Shown: positions 18,870 to 32,349, counted from the first letter of the stretch. The stretch: DNA of 64,000 bases from an uncultured virus (IMG/VR IMGVR_UViG_3300034062_004781) (IMGVR_UViG_3300034062_004781); one strand, 5' to 3'. Notes: a model not told the origin generated them from the sequence alone. A program made the numbers and translations.

Positions 18870-19075
18870 TGCTGGACCGTGCCGCCAGTGACATTGGCGT
18901 CCTTAGCCGAGCCGCCAATTCCGACGATGGCGAGCACGAACGGCCAAACCTGATCAAACGGCGGCAGCGGGATCACAGACGGCCAGAGACCGAAGTGATT
19001 GAGAGCATAAGCCGCCAGCGGGATAAGGCCGGAGACGGTGGTTTTCCAGTTCACGAGAAGCTTGTTCATGATCAT
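18866..19075 (-). CDS. Putative holin
   Basis: NWKTTVSG, two hydrophobic segments, AKD tail; adjacent to the endolysin. Confidence 0.7.
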   Translation of the reverse strand: MIMNKLLVNWKTTVSGLIPLAAYALNHFGLWPSVIPLPPFDQVWPFVLAIVGIGGSAKDANVTGGTVQQ

Positions 19076-19608
19076 TTCCCTTGTTTCGCCTGATTAAGTG
19101 CGTCCTGATATGCCAAAGCATAGCCCGCAATCAACTTCGCCCGGTCTGTTCCGTTGATGATACGGCGCGCGCCGACATAATCAGGCGTCTTGCCCGGCTT
19201 GATGTAATCCGCCAGCTTCTTGCCGGTGAACATTCCAAAGATCATGCCACGGAAGGCGATATCGAGCGCCACAGGCCACGTCAGAGCCGAGTCTGGATTA
19301 TTCTGAATGCCGAATTTGACGTAATTATATTTCCAAGTGATCTGAATCAACCCGCGCCCGATCCAGTCGGGGGCATAGCGTTTTGTGGCAAAGTAAGCCG
19401 GCGATCCCATTTCCTTGATCGGCTGCATTCTAAAAGCCGTCTCATGGGTTGTCGTCGCCAGCACATAGGCCAGCTCGTCATCCGACATCTTCGGCCAGTT
19501 GCTGTCGCGATAGGCGATGATTCGATTAATGCCGTCGACCTGTTTCTGCGTCAGCTTGCCGCCAAAGACGGCCCGGCGGATCCGGTCGAAGAAATAATCC
19601 ATATTCAT
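19072..19608 (-). CDS. Endolysin, GH19/chitinase-like lysozyme fold
   Basis: LAYVLATTTHET...GRGLIQITWKYNY...ARRIING. Confidence 0.85.
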   Translation of the reverse strand: MNMDYFFDRIRRAVFGGKLTQKQVDGINRIIAYRDSNWPKMSDDELAYVLATTTHETAFRMQPIKEMGSPAYFATKRYAPDWIGRGLIQITWKYNYVKFGIQNNPDSALTWPVALDIAFRGMIFGMFTGKKLADYIKPGKTPDYVGARRIINGTDRAKLIAGYALAYQDALNQAKQGK

Positions 19609-19859
19609 CGGTCAGCCTTCTCGTTTAGCTTTTCAATTATTCTATCCAGCTTGCCGAAGACTTGGCCGAGAACATTGTTAAATTCTTCGCGGGTGACATA
19701 CTGGCCGGCTACGAGAACTTCGATAGAGGCGACTTTCTCAGCCAGCTCGCGATCTGCCGCCTGCAGATCTTTCAGAGATGTCCAAACATTATTGAGCCAC
19801 CAGCCAAGCATTGAGCTGATTACGCCAATGCCTATGTTGAACATCATCTGATGATCCAT
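19605..19859 (-). CDS. Small membrane/coiled-coil lysis-associated protein
   Basis: N-terminal TM helix; YVTREEF...KLDR. Confidence 0.65.
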   Translation of the reverse strand: MDHQMMFNIGIGVISSMLGWWLNNVWTSLKDLQAADRELAEKVASIEVLVAGQYVTREEFNNVLGQVFGKLDRIIEKLNEKADR

Positions 19860-19860
19860 T

Positions 19861-21438
19861 TTAACTCACCGTCTTTTCGCCTGTGAACCACTGAAGGTTA
19901 TCCTTCAATCTATCATTTTCAGGCTCTAACTCCAATGCCTTACGGCCTTCTTCGGCTGCTACTTCTTTCATACCTAAATTCCACGCCGAGATAGCCGCAA
20001 GGTCATGAGGGTGGGCTCCCCAAACGGCAGGATCAACCGTGTAGACAAATTCACGGTTTTTGATAGCCAAAGCGCGCATAGCCGCGCCGTAACATTCCTG
20101 CCATCGGGCCTGCGTATAATACATATTAGACAGGCCGCACCAAGGCTCGCGCGTGTTCGGGGCTTCAGCCGCCGACCGAAGCCACCAAGCCTCGGCTTCG
20201 CCAAGATCTCCCTTACCCTCATAGCATTTTGCCAGCGTCCTCATGGCGTATGACCGCTCATTGATCCATGTCGCGCCCGGAAGAGCCAGATACCGCTTGC
20301 ACTCTTCGATTGATTCGTCCCAGCGCGAATAGAAGGATAGCTCTCGAGCATAGTAGAAGGCGTTGCGCGGGCACACAGGATCTTCTTTGACCGATAGCGC
20401 CAGAAGGTCGAGATACTGCCCCCTGCTCTTCGTCGGATCTGGGTGATGGCTCACCAGAAGCTTATCGGTGAAGGCGTAGACCTCGTTGATTCGAGCGTCG
20501 AAGCGGGGATACTCGTGGCAGGGATGGTGCCAGTAATAGCCATGCCGAGCGTGGATCTTCTCATAGGCGAATTTTACGCCCATCCCCCAGTCGAACATAT
20601 AGCGCAGACGTGTAGTGCTCGGTGTCCAGACGCGCTCGATCTCGTCCCGCCAGCCGGGCTCGAGGACTTCGTCGACGTCCATGCAGATGCAGATATCCAC
20701 ATCTTTTGGAATAAGGGCGATATTCGCGTTGCGAGCATGATCAAAGCGCCAAGGCGTGATGCATATTTCATGCGTCTGGATACCGCATTCCTTGGCAATC
20801 TCAACCGTCCTGTCTGTGCTGCCTGTGTCGGCGATGACAAGCACATCGGCGTCTTTCGCCGAATCGGCCCATCGCTTGACGAACTTCTCTTCGTTCTTGC
20901 TGATGGTGTAGACGCAGATCTTTGGCCGCACCTTCTGATTTGACCAGCAATAGACGCCTATTTCGTTGTCGATGTAGCCGACAGTTGGCTCGCCAAATGT
21001 CCTGCGAAACTCTTCGTCAGTCCAATTGTCGGTGATGTGCTTCTCGTATGGATTGCCGTTGTATTCATCTTGCGGATAATGACCGATTGGAATGCTGACA
21101 ATGACAGTTTCGGCGATAGTTTTGATCCAGCCAAGCAAATATTTGGCTAAATCCTTTTCCATATGCTCAAGAACGTCACCAAGTATGGCGACGTCAAAGT
21201 GGCCGATCTCTTTTAATTTTACCTTGCATACGTCTTCGATAATCAGCTCTTGATACAGATCTTTGAGCTTAAACTCTTCGACGTAAGGCTCCCAGACTTC
21301 AACGCCTGTCCAGTGCATATCTGGGAACATCTTGGCGTATGTGCCGCTACCGCAGCCAATGTCGAGCATACGCTCATGCTTAACGCGACCGACTATATTG
21401 CGGATGTAAGCTTTTCCGCTCTCCGAGCTGTATGGCAT
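19861..21438 (-). CDS. Fusion: class I SAM methyltransferase + GT2 glycosyltransferase + TPR repeats
   Basis: LDIGCGSG, DVLEH; KICVYTISKNEE, DTGSTD, DVDE; C-terminal TPR-like helices. Confidence 0.88.
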   Translation of the reverse strand: MPYSSESGKAYIRNIVGRVKHERMLDIGCGSGTYAKMFPDMHWTGVEVWEPYVEEFKLKDLYQELIIEDVCKVKLKEIGHFDVAILGDVLEHMEKDLAKYLLGWIKTIAETVIVSIPIGHYPQDEYNGNPYEKHITDNWTDEEFRRTFGEPTVGYIDNEIGVYCWSNQKVRPKICVYTISKNEEKFVKRWADSAKDADVLVIADTGSTDRTVEIAKECGIQTHEICITPWRFDHARNANIALIPKDVDICICMDVDEVLEPGWRDEIERVWTPSTTRLRYMFDWGMGVKFAYEKIHARHGYYWHHPCHEYPRFDARINEVYAFTDKLLVSHHPDPTKSRGQYLDLLALSVKEDPVCPRNAFYYARELSFYSRWDESIEECKRYLALPGATWINERSYAMRTLAKCYEGKGDLGEAEAWWLRSAAEAPNTREPWCGLSNMYYTQARWQECYGAAMRALAIKNREFVYTVDPAVWGAHPHDLAAISAWNLGMKEVAAEEGRKALELEPENDRLKDNLQWFTGEKTVS

Positions 21439-21465
21439 TTTCTCCCCCTTCTGAGAGTGCCTATG

Positions 21466-21939
21466 TTATGCAAATGGCTGGTCGATTGGGCTCCTTGGCC
21501 ATTGAACTGATGTAACAGACGCAATGAATGCGTCAATGTCTGTCGTCGCTTCCATATCAGTTATCGCCAGCGCGCATGTTGTGCGAACCGCCTCGCGGTA
21601 GCTTGACCAATCGGCGGGGATATCTGTTCCTGCCTCTGTCTTGCGAACGACCATCCAATCAGATTGCAAAAGCGATGTGTAAGCAATTTGCCTAAACTGC
21701 GACGACCAAGACTTTTTTAGCATGTCGAGATCTTTTGGAATAGCATTCCAAGTAAAGTCTGCGTTTTGCGTAACCCAGTAAAAGCGATCATCGGGACGCG
21801 GATAGTCTGGCACCTCAGTAATGCCAATACGCGCACGATCCTCTGGGCTTGCGAGACGTAGCCAGTTGGGTGGATATGTTATTCCATCGACAGTGAACTG
21901 CGTGTCGAGCGGGAGCGGTCTGCCATCAAGGATAAACAT
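21466..21939 (-). CDS. Tail fibre assembly chaperone-like protein
   Basis: YPPNWLR...LLQSDWMVVR...WSSYREAVR. Confidence 0.7.
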   Translation of the reverse strand: MFILDGRPLPLDTQFTVDGITYPPNWLRLASPEDRARIGITEVPDYPRPDDRFYWVTQNADFTWNAIPKDLDMLKKSWSSQFRQIAYTSLLQSDWMVVRKTEAGTDIPADWSSYREAVRTTCALAITDMEATTDIDAFIASVTSVQWPRSPIDQPFA

Positions 21940-21945
21940 TGTTCC

Positions 21946-24900
21946 TCACACTGATAGTGCCATTTTGAAGGGATTTTCAGCAAAGCAAGCGTAAATATAT
22001 GTTGCACCACTGACATTTGGATTTGTCGCGGCAGGCGCTCTTACTTTAAATCCATTTGAAAGTATGTCTAAGCGAGTGGCGGTTGCCTCGACAGCGTTAC
22101 TTTCCGGATATAGCTCTGGGCCTTGCACATTATATCCTTGACGGGATGTGTCCTGAATAAACCAACTGCTTGATGTATCAGTTCTCTTATAAAGAATAAA
22201 TCTTGGGCGGAACCCAGTATAAATAAAATTGCCGTCCCCAGAAACGCCATTAGCCGTAAAACCGCCAAAAGAACTATATCCCGCGATAGGCGTCCAAATG
22301 TAGGCTATATAATTATCAGTTGTATTAGTTCTTACATTTGTTCCGACAGAAAATACAGATGAATTGAAAGTTGGTGAGCCGCCATTCCAAACAGTATTGT
22401 CAGTCGCTTCGCCGTCTGAGCCAGTTGTAGTTTGAAATAGTTTTAGAAATTTAGTAGCGCCCATATTTGTATGATAAACAGCGCCGCCATTAGTCGCGCT
22501 GGTTCTATCCTTAATCATAATGAATGCCGGAGTTGCACCAAGTCCGTGAGGAACCGTCGCGTTAGATCCTGTCCCTGTATAAGCAATAATACTAAACCCA
22601 GCACTGACATTTATGCTCGCGCCTGTCGGCGTGATTGTGCCGCCTGACGGGATTGAGGACGAGCCTTTACCGGCCTGCCATTGCCAGCCGATATAGGTTC
22701 GGCTTGTTATGTTTGGAGAGTTCGCGCCAGCAGCAATCGTAAATCCATTAGACGCAAATCCACTAACAAGTGTGTCAGTCCCGTCAGCTTCAGTTGTATT
22801 ACTGTTCAACTCGTATAAGACAGTTCCATTTCCTCCGCGCACCGCATCATGCAGTCGGTGACTTTCCGCGTCACTACGAGATTTTGTCCATATTAAATCT
22901 GGTTGGAACGCACCTGAATTTGTAATCGTTCGTGAATTTTGGTCGCCTGTCCACAGGCTAATGTCCATATACTTATTCCCCGCCGCAATCGTAGGCGTCG
23001 GAAGGTTCTGCGTGTTGAGCGCCTTGAAGCCGGAGGGAGGCGTGGAGGTGAATGGGCGCTGGCCGAAGTTGGCGATTACTATTGAGCCGGTGCTATAAGT
23101 AGAAGTTATCGGCGCATAGCTTTTGCCCGACATAGTGAGCGTTGCTATCTCGCCGGACGTTCCGGGTGTCCCTACCCATGTTCCGTTCTTGCCGACCCAT
23201 AATTTTCCGGTAGAGCCATCAAACGCAAACATGGCGATATTGCCAGCGGAAAATGCGCCTGTTCCAGATGCAGAACCCGCAGCGCCATTGGCGTAAAATA
23301 GGCCGCTATCGCCTAATATCCAATGTCCTGATCTCGCCCATGAATTAGCACCACCAAACACAACTGAAGTGTCATACAGTCCCGCGCCGCAAGTATTAGA
23401 TGAAGGAATGGCGTTAAATTCGGTTTCCCAATAAAATTTACCGGACGAAATTGCTATTGTCGCAGCAGCGCCGCCAGTCGCAGAGCCAGTGGAAGTGCTT
23501 TGATTAAGATTTCCGCTTACAACAGATGTGGTTCCGCTAGACTGCCAAAGATTTAATGGATTAAGAACCGCATAATTCCCCCGCCCGTTACCGCCATCGG
23601 CCCAGTTTGTCGGGACGTCAAGCATGCTGTCGTAGGTGACGCCGGAGGTGGTGTAGTTAATATTAAGTGGACTCCAAGAGTTTCCATTTCCGCTAAGATC
23701 GGCGGCTATATTTGCAACAAACGGCGTGGCGGCAGATGCCGTTACCGATCCACTGTTGGTTAAAGTAAAAGCATTAGGGCTATTATCTATTATTGCAGAA
23801 TTTTGCAGCGTAAGAAGCTGCGTATTCGCAATCGCGGTCAACGGGCTGCTTGGCGGAACAAATGACGCCGTATATAAGGCAGTTCCTTTTATTACTCTGA
23901 CGTTTGATAATGATCCGCCAAAGTAATTTGTCGACTGCCCCCTGCCGATAACAAATGAATTTGCGCTCTGATATATAGACGCGGCGCTGGTAAATGACGA
24001 CGTAAGCGATCCATTAAGGAATGTTTTAAATGCTGTTCCGTTTCTTGTTACGGCAACATGATACCAGTTACCAGCAACAAGCCCTGTTCCGATATTAACG
24101 CCACTAGCTATATCCCACGAAGATCCGGTACTCGTTAAATACAACTGGATTGTAGAAGTGCCAGATGATGTATATCCAAAAAGACCGTCGTATGTAGATG
24201 TTCCATTGCCAGAAGATAACGCACAATATGTTGAAGCAGGGGGCATTGCTGTAGGATTAAACCAATACTCAACGGTAAAGTCGCTTGTGCCGAGAGCGAG
24301 ATTTGAGTTCGTCGGAGTTGTTATATATTGGCTCGACGCGTTAAACGATCCGGCATATGTAGAAGCTGTATTTAGCGAGAACGGCAAATAAAAACCGTTC
24401 GTCCCATATGCGCCTCGATACTTTTTCGGCATCCACACGCCGGTCGTCGGGTCGCTGTAGCCGAAGTAGGACGGGTCGTAGGCGTAGCCGTCGAGGAAGT
24501 TTACTTCTGTTTGATATCCATCCAAATAATAATCAAAACCGCTTCTCTGTCTTGCGGAAATTCCATGCGCTACCGTATTATTAATGTATCCCTGAAAACC
24601 AGATGTAGGATAAGTTGAAGATGAGAAAGCCGTTAATTGCACGCCATTTACATATAATTTCATTCTATTTGATGATGTAGCATTATCAGAATCATACACG
24701 ACAACTATGTGATACCAAGCCGACGGATCTCTATATACAGACGAAGAGGCAAGATAATACGTTCCATCTGCGACAGAAAACGCCAAAATATCTGTAGATA
24801 AAAAAGCAATCCAGTTTGTGTTTCCTACGGTAGCGTCACCAGCGGAGAATAGAGCTTGGTTTGCGCCCAGCGCGCCTCTTTTTACCCAACTACTAAATGT

Positions 24901-25044
24901 CCACAATTTACGATTTCCCGCACTCGCAGGCGTCCTATTCAAATACGCGCTCGCGCTAGAACGAAACCGCAAGCTTCTCTGCACCTGATAATAAGGCGAA
25001 GTTCCACCAGCAAGAAGTAACGTAGGATCTGTCGGAAGCGTCAT
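21946..25044 (-). CDS. Large receptor-binding/fibre protein with LamG (ConA-like) and SPRY-like domains
   Basis: YRDPSAWYHIVV, DFTVEYWF...WYHVAVTR, SGKFYWE...ANFGQRPF. Confidence 0.8.
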   Translation of the reverse strand: MTLPTDPTLLLAGGTSPYYQVQRSLRFRSSASAYLNRTPASAGNRKLWTFSSWVKRGALGANQALFSAGDATVGNTNWIAFLSTDILAFSVADGTYYLASSSVYRDPSAWYHIVVVYDSDNATSSNRMKLYVNGVQLTAFSSSTYPTSGFQGYINNTVAHGISARQRSGFDYYLDGYQTEVNFLDGYAYDPSYFGYSDPTTGVWMPKKYRGAYGTNGFYLPFSLNTASTYAGSFNASSQYITTPTNSNLALGTSDFTVEYWFNPTAMPPASTYCALSSGNGTSTYDGLFGYTSSGTSTIQLYLTSTGSSWDIASGVNIGTGLVAGNWYHVAVTRNGTAFKTFLNGSLTSSFTSAASIYQSANSFVIGRGQSTNYFGGSLSNVRVIKGTALYTASFVPPSSPLTAIANTQLLTLQNSAIIDNSPNAFTLTNSGSVTASAATPFVANIAADLSGNGNSWSPLNINYTTSGVTYDSMLDVPTNWADGGNGRGNYAVLNPLNLWQSSGTTSVVSGNLNQSTSTGSATGGAAATIAISSGKFYWETEFNAIPSSNTCGAGLYDTSVVFGGANSWARSGHWILGDSGLFYANGAAGSASGTGAFSAGNIAMFAFDGSTGKLWVGKNGTWVGTPGTSGEIATLTMSGKSYAPITSTYSTGSIVIANFGQRPFTSTPPSGFKALNTQNLPTPTIAAGNKYMDISLWTGDQNSRTITNSGAFQPDLIWTKSRSDAESHRLHDAVRGGNGTVLYELNSNTTEADGTDTLVSGFASNGFTIAAGANSPNITSRTYIGWQWQAGKGSSSIPSGGTITPTGASINVSAGFSIIAYTGTGSNATVPHGLGATPAFIMIKDRTSATNGGAVYHTNMGATKFLKLFQTTTGSDGEATDNTVWNGGSPTFNSSVFSVGTNVRTNTTDNYIAYIWTPIAGYSSFGGFTANGVSGDGNFIYTGFRPRFILYKRTDTSSSWFIQDTSRQGYNVQGPELYPESNAVEATATRLDILSNGFKVRAPAATNPNVSGATYIYACFAENPFKMALSV

Positions 25045-25047
25045 ATC

Positions 25048-25557
25048 TTACGGGCCAATGTTAGGGATAATCTGCGACACGATTGACGTCGTCGAGCGCG
25101 CCGTCCAGACGATAACATCAACGGCGTTGGCTGTCGTCGTCAAGCTGGGCGCGGACTGATTGGGAAAGTCCCAGTAGGTGCCATAAGCGAGCGTCCTGCT
25201 GCCCGTTCCATCCTGCGTGATAAACAGAACGCCGGTCATGCCAGCCGCGAGATTTGACGGATTGGCGAGCGTTGAATTGCCCGTCAGCGTGAAGGACTGA
25301 TTGCCGCCGTTGTTCAGATCCAGCGTGATCGTGCCGCTTGTCGATCCAACGGCGTAGATCGTCGAGGACGCAGCGCCTGTCGCGACCATGCCGGCGGTGT
25401 TCAGCAGAAGCTTCTGCACACCGTTCACTGTGATCGCAATCTGATCCGTCGCCGGGAAGTAGATGCCGGTGTTGCTGTCAGCGCCAGCATAAGGCGGGAC
25501 GGCAACAGTGCCATCCGGCGTCTGTATGCCTGTGGAGCCGGAGATTGTTGTCGCCAT
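25048..25557 (-). CDS. Tail fibre-associated protein
   Basis: DSNTGIYFP, ITQDGTGSRTL motifs. Confidence 0.7.
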   Translation of the reverse strand: MATTISGSTGIQTPDGTVAVPPYAGADSNTGIYFPATDQIAITVNGVQKLLLNTAGMVATGAASSTIYAVGSTSGTITLDLNNGGNQSFTLTGNSTLANPSNLAAGMTGVLFITQDGTGSRTLAYGTYWDFPNQSAPSLTTTANAVDVIVWTARSTTSIVSQIIPNIGP

Positions 25558-25808
25558 TATTTTATCCCCAGTGCGGCTTTGAGATCGTCGATTGATAATC
25601 CGACAGACGCCAGCTTTTCCTCAATTGTCGGCTCAGGGGCAGGCGGCGGCGGGATGTATGGGTTAGGCGTGTTGCCTTCCGCGAGCCATGCGAGAAAGGC
25701 TTGATAGTCTGTGTTGGCGGGATCTTCACTAAACGATGTCTGCGTCCCATCGCTGTTGTCGCGAATTATTACTTCTTTACCAAAAGAAGTTTTTATGAGG
25801 TTATACAT
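25557..25808 (-). CDS. Small tail fibre assembly protein
   Basis: DPANTDYQAFLAWLAEGNTP. Confidence 0.7.
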   Translation of the reverse strand: MYNLIKTSFGKEVIIRDNSDGTQTSFSEDPANTDYQAFLAWLAEGNTPNPYIPPPPAPEPTIEEKLASVGLSIDDLKAALGIK

Positions 25809-26960
25809 TTATAACTCCGCAGAAAGAGTTAGTGATCCAGACGCAGTATTATTAAAACATAATTCATATGTTCGCGTTGATGTTAATCCGCTTGCAACCG
25901 TAACAAGAGCCATCGCTACATTAGCAGATGTCGCTCCATCTTGAGAAATTGATGTCAACGCCGTAATTGCAACCCCATCAAAAACAGCAAATGTATTTGC
26001 GGCGGTTGCTGTAAATGATGGCGGTATTCTCATAGTGACTTTTAATGGTATTTGAAAATCAGCGCCAGTAGCATTCTGAGCAGGACCAATTCCAATTCGC
26101 TGATAGTTACCGCCTACACCTGCGCCGCTAATTACTTGCGTATACCGCTGACACAGCATCAACTCTTGCCCATACTGCCTGCGCTCGAACGGCGTGGCGA
26201 CTGAGCCGACTTCTAGCTGGACGCCGGTAACTTGCCATGTGGCGTTTAATGTCCCTATTACCGAAACAGCACCTGTCGCGGTTACATATACTGCCGCCGC
26301 CCACGATCCAGCCGTTCCAGAGTAATCAGTTCCAGCGCCAAGACCAAAGACTACACGCAATCCGACGCCGCTATCCGTCGCCCACGTTCCTGTCGTGTCT
26401 CCGGCGACAGTAACCGTTTTTTTCTCCCATGTATTCGCTGACGATATAGAGTAGGTAAACGGATACGACCTTGCCGAACTGTTGGATAGTGCGCCGCCAA
26501 ATGTCCCTGTGAGACTTGATTTAACCCAAAATGACAAAGTTACTGTTGCTGCAGACGCAGTGCCAAACGCCAAGTCAGCGACATTGTACCCCTCAATATT
26601 TTGGCGAATAAATAAACGCTGAGTAGCTGATAAACTGCTATCCGCTGTCGTAATTGTAATTTTTGCAGAATAATTAAAGCCGGAGGGGGCATCCGCGACC
26701 TGCTGACAAGTTACGGCACCATCGGTGTCCTCTCTAACTTCCCATCGATCAAGAGTATAAGCGTCGGTCGGCGCAACGCTTGCACCAGAATTGCGCTGAT
26801 CTATCCGCATATCGCCATTGATGATCCGGTTCCGCAGGAAGCTGCCGCCGCCCGTCATCGCCAGAGTCCCGCCAACCGCGACATTGCCCGCAGTATCATT
26901 GGTCAGATTGACCGTCGCGCTGGAGGCGTTCTGGAGATATGTGGCCTTAACTGTGGACAT
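25809..26960 (-). CDS. Tail fibre protein (carbohydrate-binding-like)
   Basis: RNRIINGDMRIDQR...TGVQLEVGSVATPFERR...ELMLCQRY. Confidence 0.8.
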   Translation of the reverse strand: MSTVKATYLQNASSATVNLTNDTAGNVAVGGTLAMTGGGSFLRNRIINGDMRIDQRNSGASVAPTDAYTLDRWEVREDTDGAVTCQQVADAPSGFNYSAKITITTADSSLSATQRLFIRQNIEGYNVADLAFGTASAATVTLSFWVKSSLTGTFGGALSNSSARSYPFTYSISSANTWEKKTVTVAGDTTGTWATDSGVGLRVVFGLGAGTDYSGTAGSWAAAVYVTATGAVSVIGTLNATWQVTGVQLEVGSVATPFERRQYGQELMLCQRYTQVISGAGVGGNYQRIGIGPAQNATGADFQIPLKVTMRIPPSFTATAANTFAVFDGVAITALTSISQDGATSANVAMALVTVASGLTSTRTYELCFNNTASGSLTLSAEL

Positions 26961-26964
26961 GAGT

Positions 26965-27600
26965 TTACGCCGCTATTTCTGTGATTACGAGGGTTGTTGA
27001 TGACACGCCACCAAAATACCTGCCTACACCGGCAGCGCCGTTTATCGAAACAGTTGCGGCAACAGCCGGGCCGACTCTGATTTTAAATGTTGTCGATGAC
27101 GTCGTCCCAGATGTCATATAATAATTCAAAACAATTTGAGCGCCGCCCGCACTCGTAGCCATGTATGTGCTTGTTGCGGCCAATGCTCCTGCAGTGCTAT
27201 CCTGAAAGAGCGCCGCAGAGATCCAAGCAGCCGCAGAAGTTGAGCAGCTTCCAGAAAATTGAATAAGCAATTTACTTGTAGTGCTTTTGGGCGTGATTGC
27301 TGCAGTAATAAACTCGGTTCCTTCAGTATTCTGAGGAATAGTGTCATCCCAAGGAAGAATAGTTGTTCCCGTCGTATAAGCCGTTACAGCGCTATTAACT
27401 ACCTGAAGAACAGATCCCGCAGGCAGAAGGGCGCTTGTGATGGCATTTGACGCAAGCATTGTGCTTGTGACAGTGCCTGTATCAGCAGACGTGATGATGT
27501 TGCCGGTTTTTGCCGGTGCCGTCAGCGTGTAATCAGACGCGGTATTAACCGCCGTAACTGTAACCGATCCGCCGCCAGTGGAATTAAGTTTAACGGGCAT
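26965..27600 (-). CDS. Tail fibre-associated protein
   Basis: PAGSVLQVV...ITPKSTTSKLLI...LVITEIAA. Confidence 0.75.
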   Translation of the reverse strand: MPVKLNSTGGGSVTVTAVNTASDYTLTAPAKTGNIITSADTGTVTSTMLASNAITSALLPAGSVLQVVNSAVTAYTTGTTILPWDDTIPQNTEGTEFITAAITPKSTTSKLLIQFSGSCSTSAAAWISAALFQDSTAGALAATSTYMATSAGGAQIVLNYYMTSGTTSSTTFKIRVGPAVAATVSINGAAGVGRYFGGVSSTTLVITEIAA

Positions 27601-27601
27601 A

Positions 27602-30293
<2,692 letters not shown>

Positions 30294-30297
<4 letters not shown>

Positions 30298-30980
30298 CTC
30301 CAATACCCACTAATTTGAGGCGAAATATATTGATTCGCCGTTTCGACGTTTTGTGTCGCGGCAATCTGATATGCTTCGTCAGCCATCGCTTTCATGGGGG
30401 CGACTTTGTCAGGGGCCCAGATAACCGCAAGACGCTGTGCTAAACCATAGGCCATTGCTTCTAGCCAAATTGGCGGAATATTTAATTGCTGTGTGCCGTT
30501 CATATTGGCATCTTGAATGCGCTGAACAGCATAGTATTCCAGATATGTTTGAGCCCCAGTTGGCACAGGCCACAGAGTAATAGTCGGAGAAAGAAGGCGA
30601 TCAAACCAAAATACAGTAGGAAATCCCTGCTGACCTTTATTTGGATACGACGCATATTCCGTGCGGCTGATCGGCATAATGATTCGATCAGTAATGCTGT
30701 TCCCATCAACAGTTCTGATAAAAGCATCAAGGATAACGACAACGCTCGGGTCAACAGGATAAATGGCGTCCCCAGCCGTTAATGACGTTTGGACAAGCTC
30801 AACCTGCCAAAGATTTACGCCTTGATTGCTCCAGCGCGTGAACATCATATTCGTCGCGAGACGCGCCGAATCCATATGTTCTTGAAGCAGAGCTGTCGGG
30901 CGAACGCCGATCAACTGATAGGCATAGATCGTAAGCTCGCCGAGCGACGGATTAAACGTGTATGTGCCGCTCGTTGACAT
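30294..30980 (-). CDS. Head-to-tail connector protein
   Basis: MSTSGTYTF...WSNQGVNLW...YASYPNK...LWPVP. Confidence 0.7.
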
Positions 30981-30994
30981 GCGAGCCCCTTATA

Positions 30995-31651
30995 TTAGAT
31001 CGGGCCGTTGCTGGATTGCAGAACGGTCGCCGTAGCCGACCCGGATCCACTATTCAGAAGAACGCGGACATATCTCGGAGCGCCGGTGAAAACTCCATAC
31101 TTCGCCGCAGCCGCGCCAACAAGATTCGAGTCAGAAGAACTCAACCAAGTGACGCTACCGATGGCGACAGGATCTGTCGGATCGTTCGGGTCATCAAGCG
31201 TCGTCTGCACGGTGTAATTGACGGTGCCACTGACGTCGACCTGAATGCTCCATGTCGCCGGGGCCCAATCATCGAGACGGATCCAATAGCTGCCAGCAAC
31301 GCCGTTTGTGCCGACAGTGATGCCGGAGGCGCTTGTCGAGCCGCTTGTGACAATAGACGTCACTGTCGCGAAATCGAGCGTCGTGGCGACAGTGCTGCCG
31401 CTTGTGCCCGTCAGCGTTTCGCTGATCGATCCTCCAGTGAAGCTTGTGCCCGTCACGGTGAATGTGATGCCGCTGTCGTTACCGACATTGGTGATGAGAA
31501 CACGTCGAGGCGTATCGAGATATGCGACGCCGCCGGTGACAAGAGATCCGTTAAGAGTTACAGCAGCCGCACCAGTCACCGTCTGACTTGTGGCAATGTT
31601 GTTGGCCGAAGCAGAAGCAAGAGGACCAACGGTCACAATAACAGGGCGCAT
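30995..31651 (-). CDS. Virion structural protein
   Basis: 218 aa, Thr/Ser/Gly-rich. Confidence 0.65.
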   Translation of the reverse strand: MRPVIVTVGPLASASANNIATSQTVTGAAAVTLNGSLVTGGVAYLDTPRRVLITNVGNDSGITFTVTGTSFTGGSISETLTGTSGSTVATTLDFATVTSIVTSGSTSASGITVGTNGVAGSYWIRLDDWAPATWSIQVDVSGTVNYTVQTTLDDPNDPTDPVAIGSVTWLSSSDSNLVGAAAAKYGVFTGAPRYVRVLLNSGSGSATATVLQSSNGPI

Positions 31652-31824
31652 TAGCTTTTTCCTTTCGTGCGCCCGGCTCTCGCAGCCGCAGCGTTATCAA
31701 CTAAATTCGGATATGTGCGGCCAGCAGCGCGAGCCCTAGCTTTCGCCATCTTAACACCTTTTGCGCTTAAAGCCTTGTGCTTTACGTCTTTAGGTGCATC
31801 TTTTTCCCAAAATGGCTTGCTCAT
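31651..31824 (-). CDS. Small basic phage protein
   Basis: AKARARAAGRTYPNLVDN. Confidence 0.65.
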   Translation of the reverse strand: MSKPFWEKDAPKDVKHKALSAKGVKMAKARARAAGRTYPNLVDNAAAARAGRTKGKS

Positions 31825-32093
31825 CAGCAATCCCACTTTCTGAGAGATTTATTGATCCGACTATTCGGATCTGCGGCTTTTGCGGAGCCGGTTAATTTCT
31901 TTTTCATGCCAGTCATGCGGGCACAAAATGAAGAACGGCGCGATGCGGATTTTTCGCTTTTCGCAGCCTGTTCTTTTGAAACAGGTGGCTTGAGATTATG
32001 GCCTTCAGCCTTCGCCGATGCGCGGCCCTTGGCGTTCAATCCGCCTTCAGGATTTTTACCAGCCTTACGCTGCCAAGCAGGGCTCTTCGCCAT
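31824..32093 (-). CDS. Small basic phage protein (DUF6321-like)
   Basis: PAWQRKAGKNPEGGLNAKGRAS...SFCARM...SLRKWDC. Confidence 0.7.
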   Translation of the reverse strand: MAKSPAWQRKAGKNPEGGLNAKGRASAKAEGHNLKPPVSKEQAAKSEKSASRRSSFCARMTGMKKKLTGSAKAADPNSRINKSLRKWDC

Positions 32094-32139
32094 AACCGTC
32101 TCCTGAGAGATAGGCGGGGCCGAAGCCCCGCCATCGATC

Positions 32140-32349
32140 TTAGTAGTGCGACGCCTTACCGCGCGGCGTGCCGGCCTTAGCCGACGAGAAAACGCCGCCG
32201 CCCGAAGCGCGGGCCGGCTTCTTGCCCTTAGCCGCAGTCGACATGACGGCCTTGCCGCCCTTCTTCATGCAGCTTCCGCCCTTCTTGAAGCCGTCAGTCT
32301 TGTCATCGGCGTCCTTGATTGTCGAAGCCGGACCTTTGTAAGCACCCAT
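32140..32349 (-). CDS. Small basic protein with KKGG motifs
   Basis: FKKGG, MKKGG, RASGG; RBS GGAGG. Confidence 0.6.
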   Translation of the reverse strand: MGAYKGPASTIKDADDKTDGFKKGGSCMKKGGKAVMSTAAKGKKPARASGGGVFSSAKAGTPRGKASHY

